This document shows, one piece after another, positions 21,801-30,465 of a stretch of DNA of 32,000 bases (position 1 is its first letter; each line of letters opens with the position of its first letter). The notes under the pieces are model-generated. The model saw nothing but the letters and a program-made list of their open reading frames with translations. It made no database searches and was not told the DNA's origin. The position numbers were made by a program, and so were the translations under genes. The stretch covers positions 1 to 32,000 of the forward strand of contig JADGIF010000026.1 of NCBI GenBank assembly GCA_018985225.1, written 5' to 3'. The stretch comes from Amoeboradix gromovi X-113. Its lineage: Eukaryota; Fungi; Sanchytriomycota.

Positions 21801-23769
21801 TTTGGTCATTAATACGCATCATAGTTTGGGTATCCACGATTGTATCACCTATTCCTATGCTGAACCCATCATGTAACAACCAATGGTTCACAATAGTTTG
21901 GCAACCATTTAAAAACAACTTGGCATCTTCGGTACCACACTCATTCACTATAACGTGTATTAGACCACCTGCACTAGTTCCTACTGTCTTTTTACATATA
22001 ATTCCGCTTAGTAATACACCGTTTTGTATAAATACTCGGGTATCTCCTACCGAGCACTCGTTATGTTCATTATCAGGATGTTGGCTATGAAGAGTAGTTA
22101 AATTAATTTGCCTAGGAATTATTAATGATATTATTTGCTTCCCACTCCACAAAGGAACTGGCTTTAGGATACAAGGCAAGGGGACGTTACCATCCCAATT
22201 GGGGACCCACATCAATATACCATGCACGAATGCCTTGTCCATGAAGGCATCCCTTAGTGACATTTTTCGAATACCACATAAAGTGTCTTGGACTATACCC
22301 ATGCATGGTCTATTGCTTTGCGGTGTAATTATCTGTTTTGGGACCATGCACAGTTGTTCAACCTCTGCACGAGCACCAAGGGATTGAGGAACATGCATAT
22401 TCATTTCATCACCGTCAAAGTCAGCGTTATAAGGCGATGTAACTGAAAGATTCAGTCTAAAAGTACTACCAGATGGCATAACCTTTACTTTATGACCCAT
22501 CATACTCATTTTATGTAGACTGGGCTGTCTGTTAAATATAACAACATCTCCATCTGTTAAATGCCTTTCAATGATGTATCCATACTGCAGTATAATATCA
22601 CCGCTGTTGCGAGTGTATCTTAGATCTATACGCTCACCAGTGTCTTTAATGACATAGCTGGCACCAGGGTGGGTATGCGGACCCTTTCTGACTAGCTCTT
22701 GTAACTTGTCTATGTTGTAGCTCATTACCAATTCTGGAAAAGTTAAATTTTTTGCAATAGACAATGGAACTCCAACTTCATCAATACTGAGATTAGGATC
22801 ACCAGTTATGACAGTACGAGCACTGAAGTCCACACGTTTCCCCATCAAGTTACCACGTAATCTACCTTCTTTACCTTTTAATCTAGCTCGAATAGACTTC
22901 AGAGGTCTGCCTGACTTCTGCAACGCCTGAGGTTGACCACTAATATCATTATCCATATAAGTTGCAACATGATACTGAAGAAGCTGAATGAATTCTAATA
23001 CGACATGATTAGGAGCACCTTCAGCTTCACATTTCTTTAAGTTGTCGTTTGCTTTGATGATATCTGCAAGTTTATGAGTTAGATCATCCTCACCTCTGCC
23101 CATATCCATAGTGATAGAAGGCCTAACTTGAGGAGGAGGACAAGGAAGGGTAGTTAAAAGCAATTGCTCAGGCCTTGTATACTTAGGATTCATTCCAAGA
23201 ATGTAAACATCTAGATCTGATATTTTGTTCAAAATATTAATGACATGTTGAGCAGTTAAAGAAGTTTTCTCTTGATCTGCCTGTTTAAACCAAGTTTGTA
23301 GACTTAAACCATCTCTACGATATACAGGCTGCTTACGTTCACAATGTTCACAAAGAGTTTTGGATTTGAGTATTTCATGTATTTTTTTAAACCTATACTT
23401 ATTGCTTTTGATTTTTTTAGGAATTGAAGTAATTTTATCAGTTACACCGACGATTTCCTTTAATTTCAATTTGGAACAGTAATAGCAAACACATTCCAGT
23501 ACTTTTTTTACATGAGTTATGAAGCCCACATGGTATACTGGCTGATGAAGATCTATATGCCCAAAATGACCAGTACAGTTAGTCATTGACGATTGACAAG
23601 TCATGCATTGGGATGATTTGTCAATAGTGCCTAGATATGGATCCAACAAGCCTTTTATCTGGTAATTATTGTTATCCATCGTCTGAGGTAATGTTATTTC
23701 TTGAACCGACGCCTTTTGGATTTCTTTTGCAGAAAATACTCCAAACTGCACTGAGAGTGGAACAGTCAT
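18805..23769 (-). CDS. RPB1: RNA polymerase II largest subunit
   Basis: NADFDGDEMN catalytic motif, GHFGHI, TQMTLNTFHFAG, YSPTSPS CTD. Confidence 0.99.
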   Translation of the reverse strand: MTVPLSVQFGVFSAKEIQKASVQEITLPQTMDNNNYQIKGLLDPYLGTIDKSSQCMTCQSSMTNCTGHFGHIDLHQPVYHVGFITHVKKVLECVCYYCSKLKLKEIVGVTDKITSIPKKIKSNKYRFKKIHEILKSKTLCEHCERKQPVYRRDGLSLQTWFKQADQEKTSLTAQHVINILNKISDLDVYILGMNPKYTRPEQLLLTTLPCPPPQVRPSITMDMGRGEDDLTHKLADIIKANDNLKKCEAEGAPNHVVLEFIQLLQYHVATYMDNDISGQPQALQKSGRPLKSIRARLKGKEGRLRGNLMGKRVDFSARTVITGDPNLSIDEVGVPLSIAKNLTFPELVMSYNIDKLQELVRKGPHTHPGASYVIKDTGERIDLRYTRNSGDIILQYGYIIERHLTDGDVVIFNRQPSLHKMSMMGHKVKVMPSGSTFRLNLSVTSPYNADFDGDEMNMHVPQSLGARAEVEQLCMVPKQIITPQSNRPCMGIVQDTLCGIRKMSLRDAFMDKAFVHGILMWVPNWDGNVPLPCILKPVPLWSGKQIISLIIPRQINLTTLHSQHPDNEHNECSVGDTRVFIQNGVLLSGIICKKTVGTSAGGLIHVIVNECGTEDAKLFLNGCQTIVNHWLLHDGFSIGIGDTIVDTQTMMRINDQIATSKDNVDVIIQEAQLGNLTQKPGMTLRESFEADVNKELNACRDLTGKLAQSALKDHNNVKQMVVAGSKGSFINISQMSAVVGQQNVEGKRISFGFRYRALPHFTKDDNSPDARGFVENSYLRGVTPSEFYFHAMGGREGLIDTAVKTAETGYIQRRLVKALEDVMVKNDGTVRNSLGDIIEFIYGEDGLDALKVEKQSIDCIRMNYEQFELKYKYRGLLIGQCKTTHDAIMASPTEQELLQEEYAQLQTDYKLLRSYIFTSGQNQWPLPVHLRRLIWNARQLFSIDDSVLVTLLPSYIIQKRKELEQSLTIVKGNDYISKEAQDNATLLFRIVLRSYLSVVRVLQEYRLTEQAYDWLIGEIKYKFSRSLVDPGEMIGTVAAQSIGEPATQMTLNTFHFAGVSSKNVTLGVPRLKEIINVAKNIKTPSMTLYLKDKNSKDQAKQILVDIEHCPLRKCVLKTEIHYDPDPLNTSVAEDLDFVQAYFELEDSTNIPSPWLLRILLNRPVLIDKGLTVGEIVRKIKYAFQDELLVIGSDDNAINPVVRIRIINDIVNETSLRELESNLLEMIDLRGIKGLNKVFLTRKKQSVITSDGDFKDVEEWALDTDGTNLLEILSHPKIDYTQAYSNYCIEIMQVLGVEACRMALLKELRNVIEFDGSYVNYRHLTLLVDVMTCKGSIMAITRHGINRTESGALMRCSFEETVEILLEAAAFGETDACNGISENIILGQLAPLGTGSFDVVLNEEELDRMHCGMNTPGSITSSAFSTATTPMQFNYLGAQTPFINGQMTPNVHLKDMLPNDSQFSPINQNPQSPGYNNIASPFHSSPGYSNSPKYSQSPGYAPQSPGYGGYSPSSPGYNPNSPGYSPTSPGYSPTSPSYSPTSPSYSPTSPSYSPTSPSYSPTSPSYSPTSPSYSPTSPSYSPTSPSYSPTSPSYSPTSPSYSPTSPQYSPTSPTYSPTSPQYSPTSPQYSPTSPQYSPSSPQYSPSSPAYDGKKS
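18826..19245 (-). repeat. 21-nt tandem repeat encoding about 20 CTD heptads
   Basis: About 10 consensus YSPTSPS heptads, with G7 variants proximal and Q7/T7/A7 variants distal. Confidence 0.95.
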
Positions 23770-24040
23770 GATGTGACAAGATTACTCCTAGAATAAGAGG
23801 AACATCGAAATTTCAGGAAAATAGTTTAGTATACAATCAAAAACGGATGCATTCAGTTCAGAAAACCTTCAGATCTGTGTAGCTAATGGATGGACCGAAG
23901 GATCATATCCTGGAAGTTCTCTTTCATGAGAGTTAGGGTTTAGATGCGCTGCACAGACAGCTCACAGCTTGCTATTTTGCAAACGCGTTGGCGTCAAAAC
24001 ACCATAGCGAGGAAATGTGTGCATAGAACGGAGCATATTG

Positions 24041-24270
24041 CTTGGAAATATAGGATTATATTTCAAGAGAGCGTGGAGATCGAATCTCGGCGTGGTAGGG
24101 ACTCCGGCTTTCTCAAATCCGGAATGAGAGGTGCTTGTCTACAACTAGTGTATTTAATGGCACCAGCTCTACAATACCGCTGTCCCAATAAATACCATTC
24201 TTACTAAGATCTTCAAATTGGAATGTAAGGTAGCTTTTTTATGCTGTTCGTAAGAACCGGATGTCCCTAC
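24041..24270. other. Base-paired non-coding region between divergent RPB1 and CTR9
   Basis: GTAGGGAC-TCCGG (24095-24107) pairs with CCGGA-T-GTCCCTAC (24257-24270); TTCTTAC/GTAAGAA; hairpins at 24041-24067 and 24076-24088. Confidence 0.4.
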
Positions 24271-24694
24271 TGATAAGACAACGCAGCGGCAACCGATTAG
24301 CAACAATCTTTTGAGTGTTGTGATGTGTATTGCGTAACAAAATGCAATTTTTCCTATAGATATTTATTTATTAACAGTTGCTATTTTGACAGAGAGACAG
24401 CAAGGTGCCTTTGTCATAATGTCTTTCATTTGTTTAATGGAACGCATCTAAAAAACAAAGGCTCGTGGAAAGAGACAAGAAAGGACTTTTTATCTTGGCA
24501 AAAATATCACATACATGATCACCTATGCTTTAAGCGACACTTCGCATCAATAATATTAAAGTTGGAGCGTTAGTTTAGTGAGACCTCTATACATAGTTTT
24601 AGATACCATTTTGTAATCCTCTTTTACCCTATCTACTTTCATAGAGCAAGCCACCAATGTGTGTTTGACACAATTTGAGCCTATTTTTTGTGAC

Positions 24695-27199
24695 ATGATC
24701 TCCATTCCATTGGCAAATAGCCAAACATTAGAAATTGAAGAGTCCAACGTTGTTGAACATTACTCTCAGTTGATTCCAGTGCTTATTGAGAACAATGTTG
24801 AAGATTTTTACTTTGGTATGATTCTTCAATGTTTGTCTAAGTTATCAGTGTTTGAATCCGTCCATCTTCCGGATTCTCTTCACGGGCAGTTATGGCAAGG
24901 AGCAATTCATTTAACTAACAGAGATACCACCTTGCTGCAGTTTACTTTAGATAATATGGAGCGTATCGATATGCTTCACCCATTTTCAGAATTTGTCAAA
25001 CTGGCTCTAATGTACTCCAACAATGAATTCAAGGAATGTTTGTCAACTTGTGATGCTTTGCTCAAGCTATCAAACCAGAACTCTGCTATCTTTCTTGTTC
25101 CCAGCATTCTGTATATTAAAGCAATGTCACTTCGTCATTTACAATTTTACAAGCGCTCATTGTCCGCTTTACAACAGCTGCTAAGATGCTGCTATCATTA
25201 TGATTTAGATGTGCTAAACGTGCAATTGTATATTGCCAGCACTTTTGAGTTACTGAATATGAATCGCGAGGCAGAACTTGCTACTTTGTCCATTTTATCT
25301 AAATATCCAATGAATCCAAGAGCTATTCATATTCTTAGTATTGTTTATCTTAAATTAAATAGACCAAATGCTATAGCTCTCTTTAAAACTGCATTATACA
25401 AGTTGCCCAAAGATATATATGTTCTTGCAAAGTTGGCTGAATTACTGCTATTGAAATCCCCTGGTAAAGCTATCCCGTTGTTCAATCATGTCTATTCAAG
25501 ATCTACGTCATTGTTACATCAATTGGCTAGCAAAGCACTGGGATTGCATTATCACTGTAACAACCAATTTACAAAAGCATTCAAACACTACAAGATTGCT
25601 CAACATCACCTAGGCACCTTACAATTATCTGTTTTAAATGAAAAGAATCCAATACAGTATTATCACAAACTGTCAAAAACGCAATTAAACCATCCGATTC
25701 TGTCAATGCTCAAGTGTTTTACTCTTGCGATGATCAACAAGCAGCTTATCAAATCAATGATTCCCAATTGCAAGATCGAAATAAAGAACAAATACATTCA
25801 GGAGTACAAGTCAAATGTAGCTAAAATCAAGTTGCTATATCAGCAAGCAATTGCATCGACTAGTATTTCAGAAAATGACTCATACACACTCATAATGACT
25901 ATATTGGGTGGTTTAAGCGGTAATACAGACCAATATGAGTATTTTGTTGCAAAGGCTCCTAATTTGCTAAATTGTAAATATCTGTTAGTTTACACTGCTC
26001 ATCTGTTTATGAACAAAGATTATTATAAATGTGTCAAACTGAACGAATTAATATGCAAAAATCTGCTGACTTTAAAAATGCAAGCTCACATAATGTTCGA
26101 TATTGTGCAATATAATAGAATAAGGTTGCTAGAAGTGAATGACTTGGACTCGGCACTGGCAGAATACAACGCTTTCTCTAGCAAGAATCATTATATACAA
26201 CAAAAGGTTAAGTCAAGAATAGATTGTATACATTTTATGCTCAAGATGGATATCGACCCGGAAAGTATATACGGTGCCATATCAATAGACTCTCCTGCTA
26301 ACTGGCATAAGCTGAATCAAATAGACAAGTGCGATATTTACAATATTGCACAAATGGCCCACTGCTTTGTAAAACAGTCAAATAGTAAAAACCTGCAAAC
26401 TGCCTTTAAATGGCTAAAGGTAGCACATTATATGGACCATCACCACTTGTTGACTGCTCACATGCTACTGTATATACTATATAAGCTTAACAAGCCCTTA
26501 TCCTTGTACTATCTAAAGTTGATAAACTACCCGTTGATGATGCACAATTATGTCATGGTCTTGTTTGAATGTAATAGAATAACCGAATGCATCCCTGTTT
26601 TGAGGCAATTGATATCACTGAGGACTACTAGCTTGGACGATAAAGTGCTTTATATGCATCTATTGGGCAAGACGGGAAACTTGGTAATGCTTAACAGAGC
26701 GGCTTTTATGAAAATGGACAGAAACATGATTAAAGATGTATACACACAGATGTGCAATGAGCCGAAGCTATTTAAGGACGGTTTACGAATGCTGAAAGGA
26801 TTAGCCGAAAATAAGCAGCTACGAGACACATTTGATGAAGAGATTATAGGAAAGGTATATGATTTAGAAATGCAAGTACAATTAAAAGAAAAGATCGTAG
26901 CACCATCTACTATAATTCATAAAGTGGATGAAATGAACGTGGACGTTGTAGATGACAACGAGGAAGAAAGAGAAATTGAGTTACAGCGATTACAGTTGCT
27001 AAACAAAATGAAGGGCATGATGAGTGTTAGAGAAGCGGAGGATGAAAGACCTAAGAAAAAGCAAAAACTCGGCAAAAGAAAAAGAAAGGCTACTAATGAA
27101 CCTGGAGTAGAGCAACAAGTAGAGCAAGAGCAACAAGTAGAGCAAGAGCAACAAGTTAAACAACGCGCTAATTTGGCAATAGAGAGCGATGCTGAGTAA
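24695..27199 (+). CDS. CTR9: TPR protein, divergent Paf1 complex subunit CTR9-like
   Basis: N-terminus MISIPLANSQTLEI...LIPVLIE resembles CTR9; degenerate TPRs throughout; coiled-coil and basic/acidic tail (KKKQKLGKRKRK...AIESDAE). Confidence 0.65.
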   Translation: MISIPLANSQTLEIEESNVVEHYSQLIPVLIENNVEDFYFGMILQCLSKLSVFESVHLPDSLHGQLWQGAIHLTNRDTTLLQFTLDNMERIDMLHPFSEFVKLALMYSNNEFKECLSTCDALLKLSNQNSAIFLVPSILYIKAMSLRHLQFYKRSLSALQQLLRCCYHYDLDVLNVQLYIASTFELLNMNREAELATLSILSKYPMNPRAIHILSIVYLKLNRPNAIALFKTALYKLPKDIYVLAKLAELLLLKSPGKAIPLFNHVYSRSTSLLHQLASKALGLHYHCNNQFTKAFKHYKIAQHHLGTLQLSVLNEKNPIQYYHKLSKTQLNHPILSMLKCFTLAMINKQLIKSMIPNCKIEIKNKYIQEYKSNVAKIKLLYQQAIASTSISENDSYTLIMTILGGLSGNTDQYEYFVAKAPNLLNCKYLLVYTAHLFMNKDYYKCVKLNELICKNLLTLKMQAHIMFDIVQYNRIRLLEVNDLDSALAEYNAFSSKNHYIQQKVKSRIDCIHFMLKMDIDPESIYGAISIDSPANWHKLNQIDKCDIYNIAQMAHCFVKQSNSKNLQTAFKWLKVAHYMDHHHLLTAHMLLYILYKLNKPLSLYYLKLINYPLMMHNYVMVLFECNRITECIPVLRQLISLRTTSLDDKVLYMHLLGKTGNLVMLNRAAFMKMDRNMIKDVYTQMCNEPKLFKDGLRMLKGLAENKQLRDTFDEEIIGKVYDLEMQVQLKEKIVAPSTIIHKVDEMNVDVVDDNEEEREIELQRLQLLNKMKGMMSVREAEDERPKKKQKLGKRKRKATNEPGVEQQVEQEQQVEQEQQVKQRANLAIESDAE
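27110..27156 (+). repeat. 18-nt coding tandem repeat (EQQVEQ)n
   Basis: GAGCAACAAGTAGAGCAA about 2.6 times. Confidence 0.85.
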
Positions 27200-27401
27200 G
27201 TTGAATAAATATTCACTTTCCGGATTACCATTTTGGCTTTTTTCTCTTAACATATGGGGTGTATTCATCTAGTAAACCATTCTTGTTCTTTCCTATAGGC
27301 ATCCACTCTTGTCTCGGTCTATTTCTCATCGAGCATATCCATTATTCAAGATTTGAGTCTTATTCCTCTCGTCTTCTCATTAGTTTTCTCAACAGTGGGG
27401 G

Positions 27402-29147
27402 ATGTCTACAACTATTGGTGGGCTAACTTCAAAACTTACTGATGATCCCAAAAGAATTATGAAGGAAATAAACAATGTCAAGAAGAATAAGCAATATAAC
27501 AAACTTTCGGGATTGTATAACATGCTTTCCCAAGTGAACCAGGGTCCTTCAAGTGTTTCTGCGTTAGAGAAAGCAAAAAAGTATCATGGTTATTGCGACC
27601 CATTAGATGCTATTAACACATATTTAAACTATGCCGATTTAAATATATGTGATAACACTTTGCAGGCCAAGATTGACTTGGACCTGGCTCAAGGATACTT
27701 GGGTAAGCTAGACAAAAAGACAAGAGTAGAAAAAATAATTGACTTGTGCGATTTATATCTTAAAATCGGATCCCCCTTGGATGTTTTAGATTTAACCAGA
27801 ATGGTGAAACGAGCAGATGATGCCAGCATGTTCTCTCTGTTGCTACTGAAATCAAGAGCATACAGACAAGAACAGAGATTTCAAAATGCGCTCGAAGTTA
27901 TATCTGAGATGGATTCTTTGATTTCCATCAGTAGACAGGCAGTTAATCGATGTAAAATTCTTGGTGAGATGGCCAAAATTTATTGTATGATGGGAGATTA
28001 CGATAATGAGTCCAGGTTAAAAACACAGTACTATGACTTGAAAAACAAAGAAGAAGTACACATATCAGATGATTCTCTCAGTAGTTTGAGTGTAGCTGAA
28101 AACCAAACAGTTACAGAGTTTAATATCATAGTGAAAATTCATCACAAGTGTGTGTTCTTACAAATAGATGAAATCTTAATCGCAGTCGATAGCAATATGA
28201 GTCATTCTGCTATAAAAGAGAGAGTGCTTCATGAACTGACTGCTAAGTTAAAAATACCACGTCTGGTTATAAAAAAGTTCATTCTACCAAAGTCGCTCAT
28301 CAGTAATAATAAAGCAGAGGTATGGCTGTCAAACTCCTCATTGCCTACGCTATCTTCTCTATACAAATCTGTTGCGAATCCAGTTAATAAAACATTTGCA
28401 AGTATTCTTGGAAACATCAACAACTCATTAACAAAAGTTGACTTGTCTTATCTCCGCCTAAAAGATAGCGATTACACATTTGTGCACGAATATTTACCTG
28501 CGAACCTTTCAACTTTAAATATTTCTCACAATTTTCTAACTGGTGTGTCTGGAATTTTTGACAAGTTTAAACAGCTACGAGAATTGGATGTGTCTAACAA
28601 CTGCTTATCCGGACCTTTGAATATATCCTCTGTTTCTGCAAACATAACTTGCTGGAAAAGTGCCAACATCTTGGAAATTAGTGATAAAACTATGCAAATC
28701 GTAATGGATTTAGCAACATTTGTATTACCTAGTGCATTGGATGCACTAGGCGACTCAAACATAGTCAAGCTAAGTGCAAGAGAGTCTAAGTTCACGCGAG
28801 AGTCTTATTTTAACTTGAAAAGTGGATTGAGAAGAATGAGGCACTTGAAAGATTTAGACCTGAGTGGACTGATCATAGATGACCCGATAGCTTTGGATTG
28901 CATTCCTTGCACAGTTACAAACTTAGCATTGGATTTAACTGTTTTTACTGATATTTGTGATTATCACTTGAGAAGCGAGAACTTATCAGTTTTGTCATTA
29001 AAAACTTGTGTGTTTTATGGCAACAGCGAGAGCCTATTAGTTTCTCAGATCATGAACTTGAATGTAAGATGTGTATTGTTGAATGATTCAGCGTTATCAA
29101 AACCTAACTTAGAATTGCTGGAAAAAAGAATGCTTGTTATACGCTAG
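27402..29147 (+). CDS. Tonsoku/TONSL-like protein (TPR-like N-terminus, Ubl-like middle, LRRs)
   Basis: 581-aa ORF; LRRs LSTLNISHNFL, LRELDVSNNCL, LKDLDLSG; FNIIVKI...ILIAV followed by L...Y resembles the TONSL Ubl-LRR junction; no ankyrin repeats seen. Confidence 0.5.
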   Translation: MSTTIGGLTSKLTDDPKRIMKEINNVKKNKQYNKLSGLYNMLSQVNQGPSSVSALEKAKKYHGYCDPLDAINTYLNYADLNICDNTLQAKIDLDLAQGYLGKLDKKTRVEKIIDLCDLYLKIGSPLDVLDLTRMVKRADDASMFSLLLLKSRAYRQEQRFQNALEVISEMDSLISISRQAVNRCKILGEMAKIYCMMGDYDNESRLKTQYYDLKNKEEVHISDDSLSSLSVAENQTVTEFNIIVKIHHKCVFLQIDEILIAVDSNMSHSAIKERVLHELTAKLKIPRLVIKKFILPKSLISNNKAEVWLSNSSLPTLSSLYKSVANPVNKTFASILGNINNSLTKVDLSYLRLKDSDYTFVHEYLPANLSTLNISHNFLTGVSGIFDKFKQLRELDVSNNCLSGPLNISSVSANITCWKSANILEISDKTMQIVMDLATFVLPSALDALGDSNIVKLSARESKFTRESYFNLKSGLRRMRHLKDLDLSGLIIDDPIALDCIPCTVTNLALDLTVFTDICDYHLRSENLSVLSLKTCVFYGNSESLLVSQIMNLNVRCVLLNDSALSKPNLELLEKRMLVIR

Positions 29148-29499
29148 AGTCTTTCATTATTTAATGCAGAACTTATGCAAAAACCCACGAGTGTAGCTCA
29201 TCGCCAGCCGCTTATATAATTGTTAAAAGTGAGATGCCTCGTATCTCCAGTCGTTAGATATATTGGTTGAGCCTCGGAAGGTTAGGCTAAGTAATTTTTG
29301 CGAAACATTTTCCTATTGTATCGCTTGCAAGTTAACAAAATACTTAGATTTCGTTTCCTTTTTGCTTTCCAGTCTTCACCATTTTGTAACTGCACTTCCA
29401 TGAGTTGCAGTTCTGGCTCGCTATCTCTATAATATTTTGGAAGATACCTCGGCGCAGTAATTGCTTAAGCGCAACTGAAATAGTCTAAAAGGACCCAGT

Positions 29500-30465
29500 C
29501 TCCTCATTGAATGACCTGATCTCAGAGAAAATCAAAAATTTCCAGAAAGAAAATAATTTCTCCATCACAGTAATTGCTCACGCTTCCACGCTCTGAGGCG
29601 GAACTGAATAAGGATATATACAAGTTCATGCCACCTGCTGCCATACGGTCTTTATCCACTTTCGAATCACAGTTTACACAGCCCGATTGTTTTCTTGAAT
29701 AAATTATTTATCGCGAATTTGTATGCATTTTTGTATAATTTCAAGACTTTTCCAGATTTTTCTAATAGCCTAAATACTCGATATTCTTCTTTTTCGCAAA
29801 TGGTAAATGGAATCTAAAGAAATAACTAGCAGGTACAGCATATATTCATCTCAGACTGATAAGCTGGTCCAAAGATGGAAGAATTAGATGTCTTTCAATG
29901 CCTAGACAGCAATATCTGTACAATTTATTCAAGGAACGCTTGAAGTTCAAATGTAGACAAAGAGGAGAGACTATAATCGAATGTAATGAATCATTTACTA
30001 GTCAGACATGGACAAGGTATGGCAATCTAAAAAGAACCAACTTAGAAACTTACGCCTGTACCAATTGTCATTTGGAGATAGATAGAGACCGTATGGCAGC
30101 AAGGAACATATACATCAAGTATATGCATCGTTATTCAATCCCGCCTCAGGGTAGTGAAAGCGTGAGCTATCCCTATAACGGAGCATCTAGCATTGCTAGT
30201 TTCTCTGTGGAAATTCTCAATTTTCTCGGAAATCAGGACTTTTAATGAGGAGCTAACTCTCCTGATTACTTTACCTCAGAGCGCCACGTCTAACATCCTG
30301 GCTCTTTAATTGGTTCATTGGATTGTACCAATGTCTTTCCAGTTATTTCTCAGATGAGGAAACAAATTGCCCTGCTTTTATACAGTTAGAAATTATAATC
30401 TGAACATTTTGAGCGATAACTTTCATGTAGTAACAATAAACGATTTATTCAAGAAAAATCATCAG
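29500..30465 (-). mobile_element. IS607/Fanzor2 non-autonomous element, copy C, interrupted by copy D
   Basis: Left end CTGATGATTTTTCTTGAATAAATCGTTTATT after GTAG (30465). GKTLVQSNE...SQ...GAL lies on one side of copy D and CVNCDSKVDKDRMAA on the other. Right end AATGAGGAG at 29500. Confidence 0.85.
29682..30252 (+). mobile_element. IS607/Fanzor2 non-autonomous element, copy D
   Basis: Left end CCCGATTGTTTTCTTGAATAAATT after ACAG. TnpA HTH fragment SKEITSRYSI..SSQT/LISWSKDGRIRCLSMPRQQYLYNL is fused to Fanzor2 FKERLKFK...ESFTSQT...CTNC...DRDRMAARNI. Ends TGAGGAG. Confidence 0.9.

Noticed and set aside
29290-29450. Minus-strand YLPKY...PEL..ME resembling a Tc1/IS630 DDE motif
   Set aside because: Spacing is wrong and there are no other transposase motifs or inverted repeats.
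30261-30363. Apparent second tandem omegaRNA (CCTCAGAGCG...TGAGGAAAC) after copy D
   Set aside because: The segment is better explained as the antisense of copy C's coding region, which aligns collinearly with copy B.
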